Counted from the whole stretch's first letter, positions 40,055 to 53,539 are shown. The stretch: DNA of 63,786 nucleotides, filler included, from Octopus bimaculoides (GCF_001194135.2; 7 parts of 6 records of this genome joined end to end with filler, not necessarily neighbours in it); one strand, 5' to 3'. Translations and numbers: made by a program. The notes: generated by a model from the sequence alone, not told the origin.

Positions 40055-40515
40055 AATCATCCGGTACAACATATACCGGAAAAGGTAATGGACGAAAAGG
40101 GGAAGCCAAAAATCCTCTGCGACTTTGACTTCCAGACAGACAAGGTATTAGAGCACCAAAAGCTGGATATAGTAACCTTTAGAAAGGACAAACAAGAGTG
40201 CCCAATAATCTACCAGAGAGAATTGAAATTGCTAGGATGTAGCAGCTACGAGAGTCAAACATAAAGGTTATCCCTATTGTCATCAGAGCATTGGGTTCAA
40301 TACCACCCAATCTGAAAAATCATCTGAAAACCTTAGAAATACCCTACAATCTAGGTGTATTGCAAAAGCTGGCATTACTTGGAACTGCACGCATATTGCA
40401 TAAAGTACTGTCTGTCTGAAGTCCTTGTTGTGACTTGACAAACAGTACAAACCCTTGGCAGACACAATATCTTCAATCAACAACCTCACAGTATTGTATA
40501 CTATGTGACGTCTAT
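40055..40515 (+). mobile_element. R4/Dong-like LINE 3' end (REL domain, stop, 3' UTR) ending in (TAA)n
   Basis: HIPEKVM...KILCDFDFQTDKVLEH..LDIV...KVIPIVIRALGSIP...LQKLALLGTARILHKVLSV*. Confidence 0.85.
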
Positions 40516-40701
40516 AATAATAATAACAATAATAATAACAATAATAATAATAATAAAGATGAAGAAGAAGAAGAAGAAGAAGAAGAAGAAGAAGAAGAAG
40601 AAGAAGAAGATGACAAAAGCGATACCTGTCAAATACTGGGTCCATATAATTCACTACTTACTCCACCTATATGCAGGCCTTGTGCCAAAATTTGAAACCA
40701 T

Positions 40702-40760
<59 letters not shown>
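40515..40760. repeat. (TAA)n(GAA)n, a SINE D 3' tail (about 40620-40700) and (TAG)n
   Basis: Read directly. Confidence 0.85.
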
Positions 40761-41656
40761 AATCTTTATTATCGTTATCTTCTTTTATCATAAAAGCAAT
40801 CGTTAAGTTAATAACAGTTAACTATTTTAAATCATTAATCGAGCTAGAATATAAATCTGCAAGTAGACCTTATTTAATCTAACAGATAGACTTGCCTTTC
40901 AGTTAACCCTGAAATATTAAATGTCAAATGAATTCGGTTGCATTAGCCTTTGTCAAACAAATAATGCAAATATTGATCTTCAGCTAACCACTATCAACTA
41001 TTAAAAGAAACAAATTCACAGAGTACTAGACCTCAAAGAAGAATCTTGCGCAGTATGAAATTTACAACATTAATGGCGCTTTGAAAATTATCAGAGATTA
41101 TTTTCAGCATTTCTAAAACAGCGCAAATTAATCATATAATTTTATAGCTGAACTACAATAAAAGCAAATTTATGGCATAGAATCCTTGATATTATTTTGT
41201 GAATAAATTTTCAGTGAAATGTTTGCAAGGTTTGTTCACTACGCGTTTCGGTACTTAACGTTCTAAAACCTCATTACCCTTTGTAAACATTATTTACCGT
41301 GTAAGATTATCAAATAGGAATAAGGCTTTAGAAGTCGGAGTTTTACACACACACACACACACATACACATACACACACATACACACACAAACACACACAC
41401 ACAAATATACGTATATATAATGTTCTTTAACAGGAATAGTGTTGAAAGTGACTCCGAAGTTTCGGTCAGCTAAACCATAATCGAATAGTAGTAGTAGTAG
41501 TAGACTTCAACTTGGCAGACTTCAACTTCGAAGTCACAGGCAATGGTATTTTGTTAAAGAATTTGTATTCTACAAAAGTATAGAGTAATTCATCAGACTA
41601 ATGTAAAAATGTTTTTATTATACTTGAACATAAAAATAAACATTAATATATATATA

Positions 41657-41713
<57 letters not shown>

Positions 41714-42303
41714 NNNNNNNNNNNNNNNNNNNNNNNNNNNNNNNNNNNNNNNNNNNNNNNNNNNNNNNNNNNNNNNNNNNNNNNNNNNNNNNNNNNNNNN
41801 NNNNNNNNNNNNNNNNNNNNNNNNNNNNNNNNNNNNNNNNNNNNNNNNNNNNNNNNNNNNNNNNNNNNNNNNNNNNNNNNNNNNNNNNNNNNNNNNNNNN
41901 NNNNNNNNNNNNNNNNNNNNNNNNNNNNNNNNNNNNNNNNNNNNNNNNNNNNNNNNNNNNNNNNNNNNNNNNNNNNNNNNNNNNNNNNNNNNNNNNNNNN
42001 NNNNNNNNNNNNNNNNNNNNNNNNNNNNNNNNNNNNNNNNNNNNNNNNNNNNNNNNNNNNNNNNNNNNNNNNNNNNNNNNNNNNNNNNNNNNNNNNNNNN
42101 NNNNNNNNNNNNNNNNNNNNNNNNNNNNNNNNNNNNNNNNNNNNNNNNNNNNNNNNNNNNNNNNNNNNNNNNNNNNNNNNNNNNNNNNNNNNNNNNNNNN
42201 NNNNNNNNNNNNNNNNNNNNNNNNNNNNNNNNNNNNNNNNNNNNNNNNNNNNNNNNNNNNNNNNNNNNNNNNNNNNNNNNNNNNNNNNNNNNNNNNNNNN
42301 NNN

Positions 42304-42408
<105 letters not shown>

Positions 42409-42698
42409 CAAGATGACTACGGCCAGAATTGAAGTTTTATTTCCATGAGAAGGAAGATAGTGGAACAATGGATTCTACCCTTTACGCTATTTCACTCTCA
42501 TTCCTTTGAATTTTCCTTGCGAACATTTTCGAGAGTTTCGTTGTCCTTCATATTACTAGGATTGATAAAATAGATACCAGTAACACACTCGTGTCAATTT
42601 ACCCATGCACTACAAATATTAAATGCTAATTTAATTCTCATTTTAGTAGTTGACTACTAAGCAGTTTATTTGCAATTAATATCATTTGACTATATATA

Positions 42699-43015
42699 AT
42701 TGGCACTTCGTCGGTCACGACGACGAGTGTGGCAGTTGATTCGATGAACGGAACAACGTGCGTGTGAAATTAACGTGTAAGTGGTTGAGTACTTCACAGA
42801 CATCCGTAACCCTTAACATAGTACTCGGGGAGATTCCGTGTGACACAGAATGAGACAGGGCTGGTCTCTTTGAAAAAAAAAACTCATTTTTGCCAGCTGA
42901 GTGGATGGGAGCTGAGTGGACTGGAGCTAAAGGACTTAACGCGTCGCCGGGAATCGAACTCATGACCATACGATCATGAGCCAAATATACTAACCATTGA
43001 CCCACTCGCCTTCAC
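42699..43015 (-). mobile_element. tRNA-derived SINE (family B) sharing its 3' module with family A
   Basis: Head gtgaaggcgagtgggtcaatggttag...gagttcgattcccggc; tail cacgttaatttcac...tcgtcgtgaccgacgaagtgcca. Confidence 0.8.
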
Positions 43016-43683
43016 ACTCAGATATATAATCGCTTTTGTATTCAACCAGAAATCACACAGAAGATACGTGGTACTTCATCCAACATATACATTTCAATGA
43101 CACTTTAAGGACATAGCACTTCGTCTGGTTCTGTAAATATCCCACCAGAATAAACACAGAGCAATTTGGACGAGTAACCTGTAGAAAGGTTGATACTGTT
43201 AAAGGTGTTTCAGGGCACAGAATACGTTATTGTGCCGACACAATCAGTCACAATTTGTACGCAATCGTTGAAGCTAGTAAAACATTAGTTACGGGCGGCG
43301 TCCCTCTTTATAGTACGTTAACTGGAGTTAGCCATAGACAGGAGACATAAAGTACCGTGGTAATAGTATGTTATCTTTAATCTTAACCAAAAGTCCTATA
43401 TTTGTCTGTCATATCACTCCATTATTACCCAAACTGTAAACCTGCATAATATAGTAAACTCTAACCTATAAATATTTATATACGACCGAATCGATAGACT
43501 CTCAGACTACTGGTGCTGTCCTCCCATAGAGATAGGCACTTAACATTTTCATTTTCATTATAGCAGTTTCTAAATAGAAGCATATTTATGCTGCACAATC
43601 AGCCAGTAAGTAGCAGGAGAACTGTATACTTGATATATGCTTCCTGCTAATGTTGCAATGCAGTTTGTTTCATTGAACCTCAT

Positions 43684-43808
43684 CTACAGTACACCTTCCA
43701 TTTCCGGTTCTGCCTTGTAACTTGATCCAGATTCTGCTTCTGATTGTGCATGTGAAGGCAGATGTTGCAATAATCCCGCACACATCAACATATGGTTGCT
43801 TTGCTCAA
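43684..43808 (-). CDS. Candidate coding exon (x)EQSNHMLMCAGLLQHLPSHAQSEAESGSSYKAEPEMEGVL*
   Basis: A long polypyrimidine tract with a CTAAT branch-like motif and TCACAG acceptor. Only the phase-1 frame is open. It is either terminal (TAG at 43684-43686) or a 114-nt exon using GAAG|GT at 43695. Confidence 0.45.
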
Positions 43809-45154
43809 CTGTGATAGATCATACGAAAGAGAAAAAAAGTAGTAAGAGTGAGAGACAGAGAGAGCGCGAGAGAGAGATTAGTAAATAGAGACAAATATGT
43901 TAGGTCATTCATGAAGAATTGGAAATTAACATATCCCTTTTTTAGGCTAATAGTCTATAACTAAACAGCTTTCCATTTCTACTAGACCGTTAAATTCTGT
44001 CTGCAAATTAACATATTTTCGATCAACGATATACCTAAAGAAAAACATTGGCAAGCTGTTCTATGTTTAAAATGTACTTTATATCCATTATGAAATTATA
44101 TCGTGGTCGCTTCTAAAATGGTTTTCCGGAAATCTTATCTCATTTAACCAAATCCATATTCTATTCATTCGAAACTAAGATAGTTGACAATGTTTGCTAT
44201 CATTTCACATCTCAAAATGAAATTTATCTACTTTCGCTACCATATTTAATGTTCTGTTTTCATACTCTCATCACAACAAAATATTATCGATACAGTTTAA
44301 TGTCGGAGAAGGACAGTGTGGGGACAAAAATAGTAGAATGCCTCACTATACAACTTGCAGCGTTTAGTTTCATTACAGTGTATTTGCGAGGACAGGCTAA
44401 TACTTTCAGATAAAGATATCTCGCCAATTTATTATGACCACTCTTTATAACAGGTTCTCATTTAAAACTTTCTGGAGAGATGAAAGACAAAATGAATCTC
44501 GGCAGAATTTGCAGCCAGAATATGTTAAATAAAGCCACAATATGTCAACTAAACCGTATCACTATATTTTAGGGAATAAGTGAATTTTAAAAATAGTGGT
44601 TTTGTAAGAAGATTACCGCTTACGCAGGGCTGTTAGACACTCTTTCTAAATAATCAATTAAACAGAATCAATATTACTGGTATTCATTTTATTGATCTGC
44701 AGGGACGGAATAACAAAGTCGTTGCTGATGATAGGTTTGGTCTATTTAAATAATCTGCAAATACCAAATGAGAAAGTTCAGTCTGTTGCGTTAAAGCGAT
44801 ACGAACACGCTTGTTTTCGGTGTACAGGGTGTGAGCACTATTAGAGAATACTTAATTATCTGTATTTAAATCAATTAAAAACTCCTTATTTCTTTCAGAT
44901 CTCCTATTGCTGTTAAAATGCTAACATAAGAAATAGAAAAGACATCCAGTCATTATTGTCATATGTGCAGAACCCAAGGATTTAGAAATTGCCAACTTTC
45001 TCAATTGTTGGCAAGCTTTTTTAAATACAAAGTTTGGATGGAATTGTATCAAAGAATAACTAAACATTCCAATAGTTCGGGCTCTGTGAAGACCCTGCAA
45101 TTTCATCCAAAGTGATTAAAACCTTATCGATGATTATCCTGAAAAATTAATGAG

Positions 45155-45909
45155 GGCCATTCTCAAAGAGCTCCGGGGGTTGGACTTGACTATCAGAACT
45201 GCGGCACACAAGGACATTCGATACAGGTCATGCATATTGAGGAGAAACCAGCTTAAAACGGAAGAAAACTGTTTCATTCGTACCAGTTGGTTACTAAACA
45301 AGTTTAAAACTTTCGTGTTCTTCTCGATGAGAAACTTTTCTGCCAAAACCAAAAGTCAAAAAGAAAAAAATGACAGATTGTTTATGTACAGATCCTTCTG
45401 AATTCCCCAGTGTGATCCACACTAAGTTTGCAGCAACTGCGATGGCTTTATGAGTTGTGAGTAAGGAGGTCATGTCATGCTATCCGCACATCTTTCCACA
45501 GGGTGTTAGAATTAATGCTGCCAGGTACGTTGGAATGCTGGAGACAGTTGTTGAGCAGTGGACGGATGACGTAAGCTGTGCAATGCCACACACGTTTCAA
45601 CAAGGCTCAACACCTCCAAATAAAGCTCACGTAACTCAAGAATAGCTATCAGACAATGTTTGAGATCATGTAACATTATAATTTTAGTTTCCAAACTGGC
45701 AAGATTTAAATCCCAAGGAACACAACATTTGAAGCGTTGTTGAAAGAGACACGAATCGGTGACGTCGCAATAGCATAGCTTCACTTAAAGGCCGCCATTG
45801 TCCAGGTGATATCCGAAATGAATAAGAACCATTTTTTAGCAGGCATGCCAACGATCTCGGTCCTGCATTGGAGCAGTCATCGAAGCTGAAAGTGAATTCT
45901 TTGAATAAT
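45155..45909 (+). mobile_element. maT/DD37D-like Tc1/mariner transposase pseudogene
   Basis: FFSDEK-like, NDR, HIFPQGVRINAARY, FQQ.S.P..KA, DLNP, SLKAAI and AVIEAE*; multiple stops and frameshifts. Confidence 0.82.
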
Positions 45910-46194
45910 CTGATAGGAAAGCTTATCGACAAAATGTGCGCAAATTTCTATTAAAATAAATTTGTTCTTGTTTTCTCAAGATTAAAGTTGTTTTATTAAA
46001 TTATTGAATAGGTTCTTAAATATGTCTCGCATCCTATTTATCAGAGCATCGTATATTCTTTTAATCATTCTGAATACATTTGTCAAGGATGGCCAAACTA
46101 TATGATATCGTTAGAAATTTTCCTAAAATTGAACGTTAATCTTTACATCTGCTAGCGAAAATTACAATTATTGACTCTAATTTAGAATACAAAA

Positions 46195-46383
46195 AGGTGG
46201 TGGGCTGACAGAATCTTTAGCCCGTATGTCTTTAGGTTGGGAGTTCAAATTCCACCGAGGTTCACTTTGCTTTTCATCCTTACGGAGACAATAAAATAAG
46301 TGACTGTTGAGTACTGGGGTCGATGTATTCAACTTATTCCTGCCCCAGAAATTGCTCGCCTTGTGCAAACATTTGAAACCAAT
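46195..46383 (+). mobile_element. SINE family D (deleted head)
   Basis: gagttcaaattccaccgagg...ggggtcgatgtattc...ccttgtgcaaacatttgaaacc. Confidence 0.8.
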
Positions 46384-47654
46384 TAAAAATACAGAAGTAT
46401 ACTGAGCATATATATATAAATGTAAAAAACGTCAACATTTAACTTATCTCGCTATATTTTATCGCTGTGGTAAACAGCTGTAAACTTCCCAGAGTTTTAT
46501 TGTATTGCTGTTGTAAGTTCAGAAGAATCAATTTTCGTTATTGTTTACAGAATTCTGTTTATTTAAGCGTAGACACAGATCCATAAGCCTTTGTTTTTTG
46601 CTTCAAAAAATAGGTTAGACGAAATTACTTGTAAACAAACATCACATAAAAAGGAGGAAATCGTTTTAAGGAATTATATTAATTGATTATATATATACTA
46701 ACCATCTTTATGTGTCTTTTGTGTATCGAAACTAAGAATAACAGTAAGGCCAGTTTATACATATTTGAAAAAGAAAAACTGTATCTTTCTTATAGACAGC
46801 TAATATTCTATTATGGTATCAAATACGATCAATTTTACGAGATATTTACGTTTGATGTATCATTAGAATTCTTTTTAGGTTTTATAGGAATCCATAATTA
46901 TGTTTTTTCATACATTTTCCTTCGATTATGACCAACATCTCAATAACGTATAAGCATTCTAGCTTGAGAAATCAATCAATAACCTAAATTGATGGCATTT
47001 CCATATATTTCTTGTTTCAGTAGATTCTAGCTAGAATGGGAAGAAATATGAATTTATTAATGGTAGTAGTATATATGTATATATTATAGCACGCATAACC
47101 TACTTGCTAAATGTAGGTAAACTATGCTAAAAGTAACGTCGAACTAGTTAGACCATAATGACTTTAGAATGATTATCTTCATGGATTTTTAACTAGTTGA
47201 AATTAGATTTATTCTGTGCTGAACCACATAGCCTTTAAAAACAAATAAAAAAAAACATTGAGTAAATTCATGAGAAAAATTTTGAAATGAAGTAACTTTC
47301 TTAAAATGAAAGGTTATGTCTTTAGTAAAAATGAAATTTGCCGTGAAACAGGATAATGTGAGTGCTTGGATATCATTATTATAATGGAATTTCTATAGGT
47401 AATTCTATTTATGTAACCGAAACATTGGCAGCTCTTCTTCCCGCCGCCTTCCATGTCATCCTGAGCATAACTTACGTCTGATAGCACCTCTTATGCTAAC
47501 TACTTCTCTCAAGTAAGAAGTAGAAGTAAATCATGTCACACACAACTGACACCAACATCTCTGAAGCAAGAAATCAGAAAATGTAAGATGACGGGAATCG
47601 TCTTTTGGTAGGTAAGAATACCATCCGTTATGCATGTCCTTTAGCGATGGAATG

Positions 47655-47700
47655 GACGAAGAAGAAGAAGAAGAAGGAGGAGGAGGAGGAGGAGGAGAAG

Positions 47701-47732
<32 letters not shown>

Positions 47733-47853
47733 GAAGAAGAAGAAAGAGGAGGAGAAGAAGAAGAAGAAGAAGAAAGAGGAGGAGGAGGAGGAGAAGAAGA
47801 AGAAGAAGAAGAAGAAGAAGAAGAAGAAGAAGAAGAAGAAGAAGAAGAAGAAG
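47655..47853. repeat. (GAA/GGA)n purine-rich compound microsatellite
   Basis: Read directly. Confidence 0.95.
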
Positions 47854-48592
47854 ACATATTCTAGAGTCTAAAATTATAGAAGGACACACAGGTCAATATG
47901 ATATAGCATATATAAAAAGAGGAGAGAATATATACTTATATGTTACAAAAGCCATTAGAAAACCACCCGGGGGGTCAAGTTTCTTGTGCAATTATTAGAA
48001 AGGTGTTTGATGAATCTCTTTTTTTGTAGAAACTCCTTTGTCTATTTCTAATTTGGTAGAAGCCAAGAGATAAAGGTGATACCAACGATATAATTGAACA
48101 TGAAACTATCGAAGATGGTATTTCTAGGCATATTTACCGACTGCCTGTTCAAGAATGTCATCAATAAGAAACCCTTATTATATTTGAGATTTTAGGTCTC
48201 CAAAAATATGTGTTGATGTTAGAATGAACCGATATTCCTAAAGTATAAAAGAATTGACTGAAACGACACGGTTTAACCTAGACTGGAAAAAATGGCAATG
48301 GCATTTGGCAGAGTGTTTGGTATGAAAAGTACTTATCAAAACCATTTCGGTCATAAACAAGGAATATTTGGTGTTTCATAGAAACAGAAAAAGAATGACT
48401 TGAAAATGTAAATAATATAAAAGTGTCGAAATATTCGCATGCATTTATTCGTATTTCGTTTATTGTTTCTGCTTTCACAAGATACAATGTTAAACATTTG
48501 GGGATATAATGGCGGTAAGTAACAATTAGAGTGCGATCCTCAAGTTTTGTAAGAATTAGGTTAGCTTTAGTCTCAGCCAATTAAAACAATAT

Positions 48593-48679
<87 letters not shown>

Positions 48680-48799
48680 GAGGAGGAGGAGGAGGAGGAN
48701 NNNNNNNNNNNNNNNNNNNNNNNNNNNNNNNNNNNNNNNNNNNTTAATTAATTAANNNNNNNNNNNNNNNNNNNNNNNNNNNNNNNNNNNNNNNNNNNN

Positions 48800-48833
<34 letters not shown>

Positions 48834-48852
48834 AGTCTCTCAGTTTTATCTG

Positions 48853-48899
<47 letters not shown>

Positions 48900-49331
48900 G
48901 TCTGTCTATCTATCTATCCATCTCACTATCTATCTAGCTATCCCTCTATCCATCTATCAATGTATCTATCTATCTATCTGTTCAAATTATTTTGTATGAG
49001 TTTACATTCTAGAATGAAGTTCTAATGAGACCTAGTGATTCTTCATTTCCAGTGGTTGACATGCTAGTCAACCCATAACTGGGACCCTAACAGGATGCTA
49101 TGACACCAAGTCAGAGTTGATTTGGAAACAATAGTGACTAAGAGGTGGTTCTGTGATCCCCTAAACTCTACTGGGGCACTTTTACTTGATTTCAACACCA
49201 TTATGATGCACGGTTGTATATCATCTCATGTCTTTTCAACTTGTTTTTTTGCATGTTTTCATAGGTCAACTATGAAAGTTTTATATGAATGTTATCTATT
49301 TTTATTGTCTGCCTGCTACTAATAATAATAA

Positions 49332-49421
49332 GGCCCTGAGGAGATGCAGTATCCCATATTTTATAATATTTTATAATATGCATGAATCAATCTGGATATT
49401 GCATCGAAATGTTCATAGGTC
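49332..49421 (+). ncRNA. Minimal type I hammerhead ribozyme with intact core and long stem II
   Basis: ggcc-CTGAGGA-gatgcagtatcc[...]ggatattgcatc-GAAA-tgttca-TA-ggtc; 12-bp stem II, near-palindromic stem III and an AUA site. Confidence 0.68.
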
Positions 49422-50408
49422 ATTTTCATTATTATAATAAAGTATTTTCAATGGATCAGTTTTGAGCTCTCATTTAAATCGACATATATATATATATATA
49501 TATANNNNNNNNNNNNNNNNNNNNNNNNNNNNNNNNNNNNNNNNNNNNNNNNNNNNNNNNNNNNNNNNNNNNNNNNNNNNNNNNNNNNNNNNNNNNNNNN
49601 NNNNNNNNNNNNNNNNNNNNNNNNNNNNNNNNNNNNNNNNNNNNNNNNNNNNNNNNNNNNNNNNNNNNNNNNNNNNNNNNNNNNNNNNNNNNNNNNNNNN
49701 NNNNNNNNNNNNNNNNNNNNNNNNNNNNNNNNNNNNNNNNNNNNNNNNNNNNNNNNNNNNNNNNNNNNNNNNNNNNNNNNNNNNNNNNNNNNNNNNNNNN
49801 NNNNNNNNNNNNNNNNNNNNNNNNNNNNNNNNNNNNNNNNNNNNNNNNNNNNNNNNNNNNNNNNNNNNNNNNNNNNNNNNNNNNNNNNNNNNNNNNNNNN
49901 NNNNNNNNNNNNNNNNNNNNNNNNNNNNNNNNNNNNNNNNNNNNNNNNNNNNNNNNNNNNNNNNNNNNNNNNNNNNNNNNNNNNNNNNNNNNNNNNNNNN
50001 NNNNNNNNNNNNNNNNNNNNNNNNNNNNNNNNNNNNNNNNNNNNNNNNNNNNNNNNNNNNNNNNNNNNNNNNNNNNNNNNNNNNNNNNNNNNNNNNNNNN
50101 NNNNNNNNNNNNNNNNNNNNNNNNNNNNNNNNNNNNNNNNNNNNNNNNNNNNNNNNNNNNNNNNNNNNNNNNNNNNNNNNNNNNNNNNNNNNNNNNNNNN
50201 NNNNNNNNNNNNNNNNNNNNNNNNNNNNNNNNNNNNNNNNNNNNNNNNNNNNNNNNNNNNNNNNNNNNNNNNNNNNNNNNNNNNNNNNNNNNNNNNNNNN
50301 NNNNNNNNNNNNNNNNNNNNNNNNNNNNNNNNNNNNNNNNNNNNNNNNNNNNNNNNNNNNNNNNNNNNNNNNNNNNNNNNNNNNNNNNNNNNNNNNNNNN
50401 NNNNNNNN

Positions 50409-50451
<43 letters not shown>

Positions 50452-50885
50452 ATACATATAGATATATATAATATCCACTTTAGCTGTTAACTTTATAACT
50501 GAATTGTAAATGAATTGAATTAGCAATTAAACTAAAGTTGATCAAAGAATACATTAATGTGTATTTTTTTTAACTATGTTTGATCAAAGAGTAAAAAATA
50601 ATTACCCAAGTTCTGAGATGGTGATTGTGGTAGTTGTTTGATTGGAACCGATACCTTATAGTAAATGCCCCAAGGTGTTAGGTACAAATGAAGTTTTAAA
50701 CTCACCTCTTAATTCAATTTCTGTTTTCCTGATTGTGTTTCATCTAACTACACTGTCTTATGTCCTCTTTACATTTTATAATATTTAAAACATGATTTTT
50801 GATGTACAGAAACATATATGTATATATGCATATCCATCCATATATATATATACACATGCATATATTTACATATATATAAACATAC

Positions 50886-50922
<37 letters not shown>

Positions 50923-51304
50923 GGCGCAGGAGTGGCTGTGTGGTAAGTAGCTTGCTTACCAATCACATGGCTCCGGGTTCAGTCCCACTGTGTGGCACCT
51001 TGGGCAAGTGTCTTCTACTATAGCCTTGGGCCGACCAAAGCCTTGTGAGTGGATTTGGTAGACGGAAAGCCCGTCGTATATATGTATATGTATATATATG
51101 TGTGTGTATGTTTGTGTGTGAGTGTTTGTCCCCCCAACATCGATTGACAACTGATGCTGGTGTATTCATGTCCCCGTAACTTAGCGGTTCGGCAAAAAAG
51201 TTTCCATCTACCAAATCACCTCAGAAGACTTTGGTTGACCCAAGGCTATAGCAGAAAACACTTGCCTAAGGTGCCACACAGTGGGACTGAACCCAGAGCC
51301 ATGT
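50923..51304 (+). mobile_element. SINE family C (GGCGCAGGAGTGGC head, ccttgggcaagt core-like motif, internal TA/TG microsatellite) followed by an inverted partial copy (51201-51304)
   Basis: A-box TGGCTGTGTGG and B-box GGTTCAGTCCC. 50965-51068 is about 89% identical (by eye) to the reverse complement of 51201-51304. Confidence 0.88.
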
Positions 51305-51362
51305 ATATATGTATGTATGTAAATACAATTTTATATATATATATGTATATGTATATGTTGGG

Positions 51363-51510
51363 TTGAAATATTTGGCACATGGCCAGCAGGTTTGGGGGAG
51401 GGGATAATTTGATTATATCAACCCCAGTGTCCAACCGGTACTTATTTTATCGACCCTGAAAAGATGAAAGGCAAAGTTGACCTTGGCAGGATTTGAACTC
51501 AGAACATAAA
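51363..51510 (-). mobile_element. SINE family D, 5'-truncated
   Basis: gaaaggcaaagttgaccttggcaggatttgaactcagaac and ggcacatggccagca modules. Confidence 0.8.
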
Positions 51511-51519
51511 ATGTACCCC

Positions 51520-53375
51520 CAGCATAGACTAGTCATCAACGACTTTAGACTCGAGACCAGAAGGATGCCAAGAAGCAGACCAATATGGAAAAGAAAGATT
51601 TGGAAGCTTAGGACCTTTCATATGGTCAGAGATTTAAGGACATCCTAATTGAGAAATTTGATGACAGGGAGAAATACCTGAGAAATTTGATGCAGGAGAA
51701 ATACCTAGACAAAAATAAACCTCTGTAATTGGCTTTTGTTGATTTGGAGAAAGATTTTGACAGAATCCTCCAATCCCTTATCTGGTGGTCAGTGCAGAAA
51801 CTAGGGATAGATGATTAGTTGGTGAGAGCTGTACAAGCCTTGTACAGAGATGCTACCAGTAAAGTGAAGGTGGGCATTGAGTACAGCGAAGAATTCAGGG
51901 TACAACTAGGGGTTCACCAAAGATCGGTGCTCAGCCCTCTCTTGTTCATCATAGTCCTCCAGGCAATAACAGAGGAATTCAAGACAGGCTACCTCTTGGG
52001 AGCTCCTCTATGCTGATGACCTTGCCTTTATAGATGAATCACTACCTGAACTAGAGAAGAAGTTCCAAGTATGGAAGCAAAGTCTAGAATGAAAGGGCCT
52101 TAGAGTTAGCCTAGGAAAATCCAAAGTCCTAGTAAGTAGTAAAGCAGAAAAATCACAACTCCCTTCAGGTAGATAGCCCTGTTCAGTCTGTAGAAAAGGT
52201 GTTGGTAGAAACTCCATAAAATGCACTCGGTGTAAGCTTTGGATACATAAAAGGTGCAACAACGTTAGAGGAAGGTTAACATGGAAACTAACTTTTGTAT
52301 GTGGAAGGTGCACAGGTACAATAAACACGGAAACTGTGCAGAAAAATAGACTCCATCAACTGTCATGGGGGCAAGCTAGAGGTAGTAGGTAGCTTCTATT
52401 ATCTAGGTGACGAGGTTAGTAGTGAAGGTGGATGCTCTGTGAGCATAGCTGTGAGAATAAGATTAGGCTGGGCAAAGTTCAGAGAGCACCTACCCCTGCT
52501 GGCAATAAAGGGCCTTTCACTCAGAGTAAAAGGCAGATTGTCTGATGCCTGTGTGTGAATAGCTATGCTACATGAAATATGGGCTATGACAGCCTAGGAC
52601 ATGTGTAGGCTTGAAAGAAATGAAGCCTATATGCCTCACTGGATGTGCAATGTCAGTGAGCATGTTCGACAGTGTGCAAGCATCTTGAGATAAAAGTTAG
52701 GCATAAGAGGAATCAGATGTGGTGTGCAAGAGAGATGACTGCACTGGTATGGTCATGTGGATGAGGACAGCTGTGAAAAGAAATTCTGGTTTCTAACTGT
52801 GGAGGGAATCTGTAGTAGAGGTAGACCCAGAAAGACATGATTTGAGGTGGTGAAGCATGGTCTTCGAACCTTGAGCCTTACAGAGGCAATGACTGGTGAC
52901 CAAGACCTTTGGTGATGTGCTGTGCTTGAGAGGACCCATCAAGCCTAGTGCACCCGTCCTGGTGGCATGTAAAGAACATCTTTTGAATGTTGGGTTTCAC
53001 AGAGGCAAAATGGCTGAGTTCCTTTTGAGTGTTGGTTCTAATGGCAGCAATGACCAAGACCTTTGGCATTACGTCGTGCTTAAGAAGAAGACCCATCAAG
53101 CTGAAAAAAATTGCAGTCATGGCAGATACCAGTGTCATGCAATATGGCACGTAAATGCATCCCGGTGTCACGCAAATGGCACCAGTGCCGGTGGCATGAA
53201 AAAGCATCCATTACACTCTCAGAGTGTTTGGCATTCGGAAGGGCATCGAGCTGTAGAAAACCATGCCAAATGGGACTGGAATCTGGTGCAGCCTTTCAGC
53301 ATGCCAGCCCAGTCAAACCGTCCAACCCATGCCAGCATGGACAACAGACATTAAATGATGATGATGATGATGATA
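51520..53375 (+). mobile_element. RTE-clade LINE (internally deleted, decayed RT with embedded PHD finger, duplicated 3' end, (GAT)n tail)
   Basis: LAFVDLEK.FDR, GVHQRSVLSPLLF, YADD at 52009-52020, C4HC3 at 52180-52311, FYYLGD, LHWYGHV and GRPRKT; tail acattaaatgatgatgatgat. Confidence 0.92.
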
Positions 53376-53539
53376 TTTTGATGTATTCTTTATATATTTT
53401 TATATTTTTTTCATATTTTTAAATATTTTTTTATTAATTTAATATTTTTTCAATATTTTTTCAATATTTGCTGATATACAAACATGTGATTGTTACATTT
53501 GATCATGGGTCTGTATGATCAGGATTGAACTAGCGTCAA

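Noticed and set aside
44880-44935. Strong plus-strand acceptor ttatttctttcag
   Set aside because: All three frames stop within about 35 nt.
47531-47889. Poly-E/S/L ORFs
   Set aside because: They arise from a (GAA/GGA)n microsatellite.
47945-48520. Protein-like plus-strand reading (ENHPGGQVSC...IWQSVWYEKY) and the minus ORF 48278-48580
   Set aside because: At least two frameshifts and many stops are needed and no family motif was recognised. A TBLASTX/HMM search is required before any claim.
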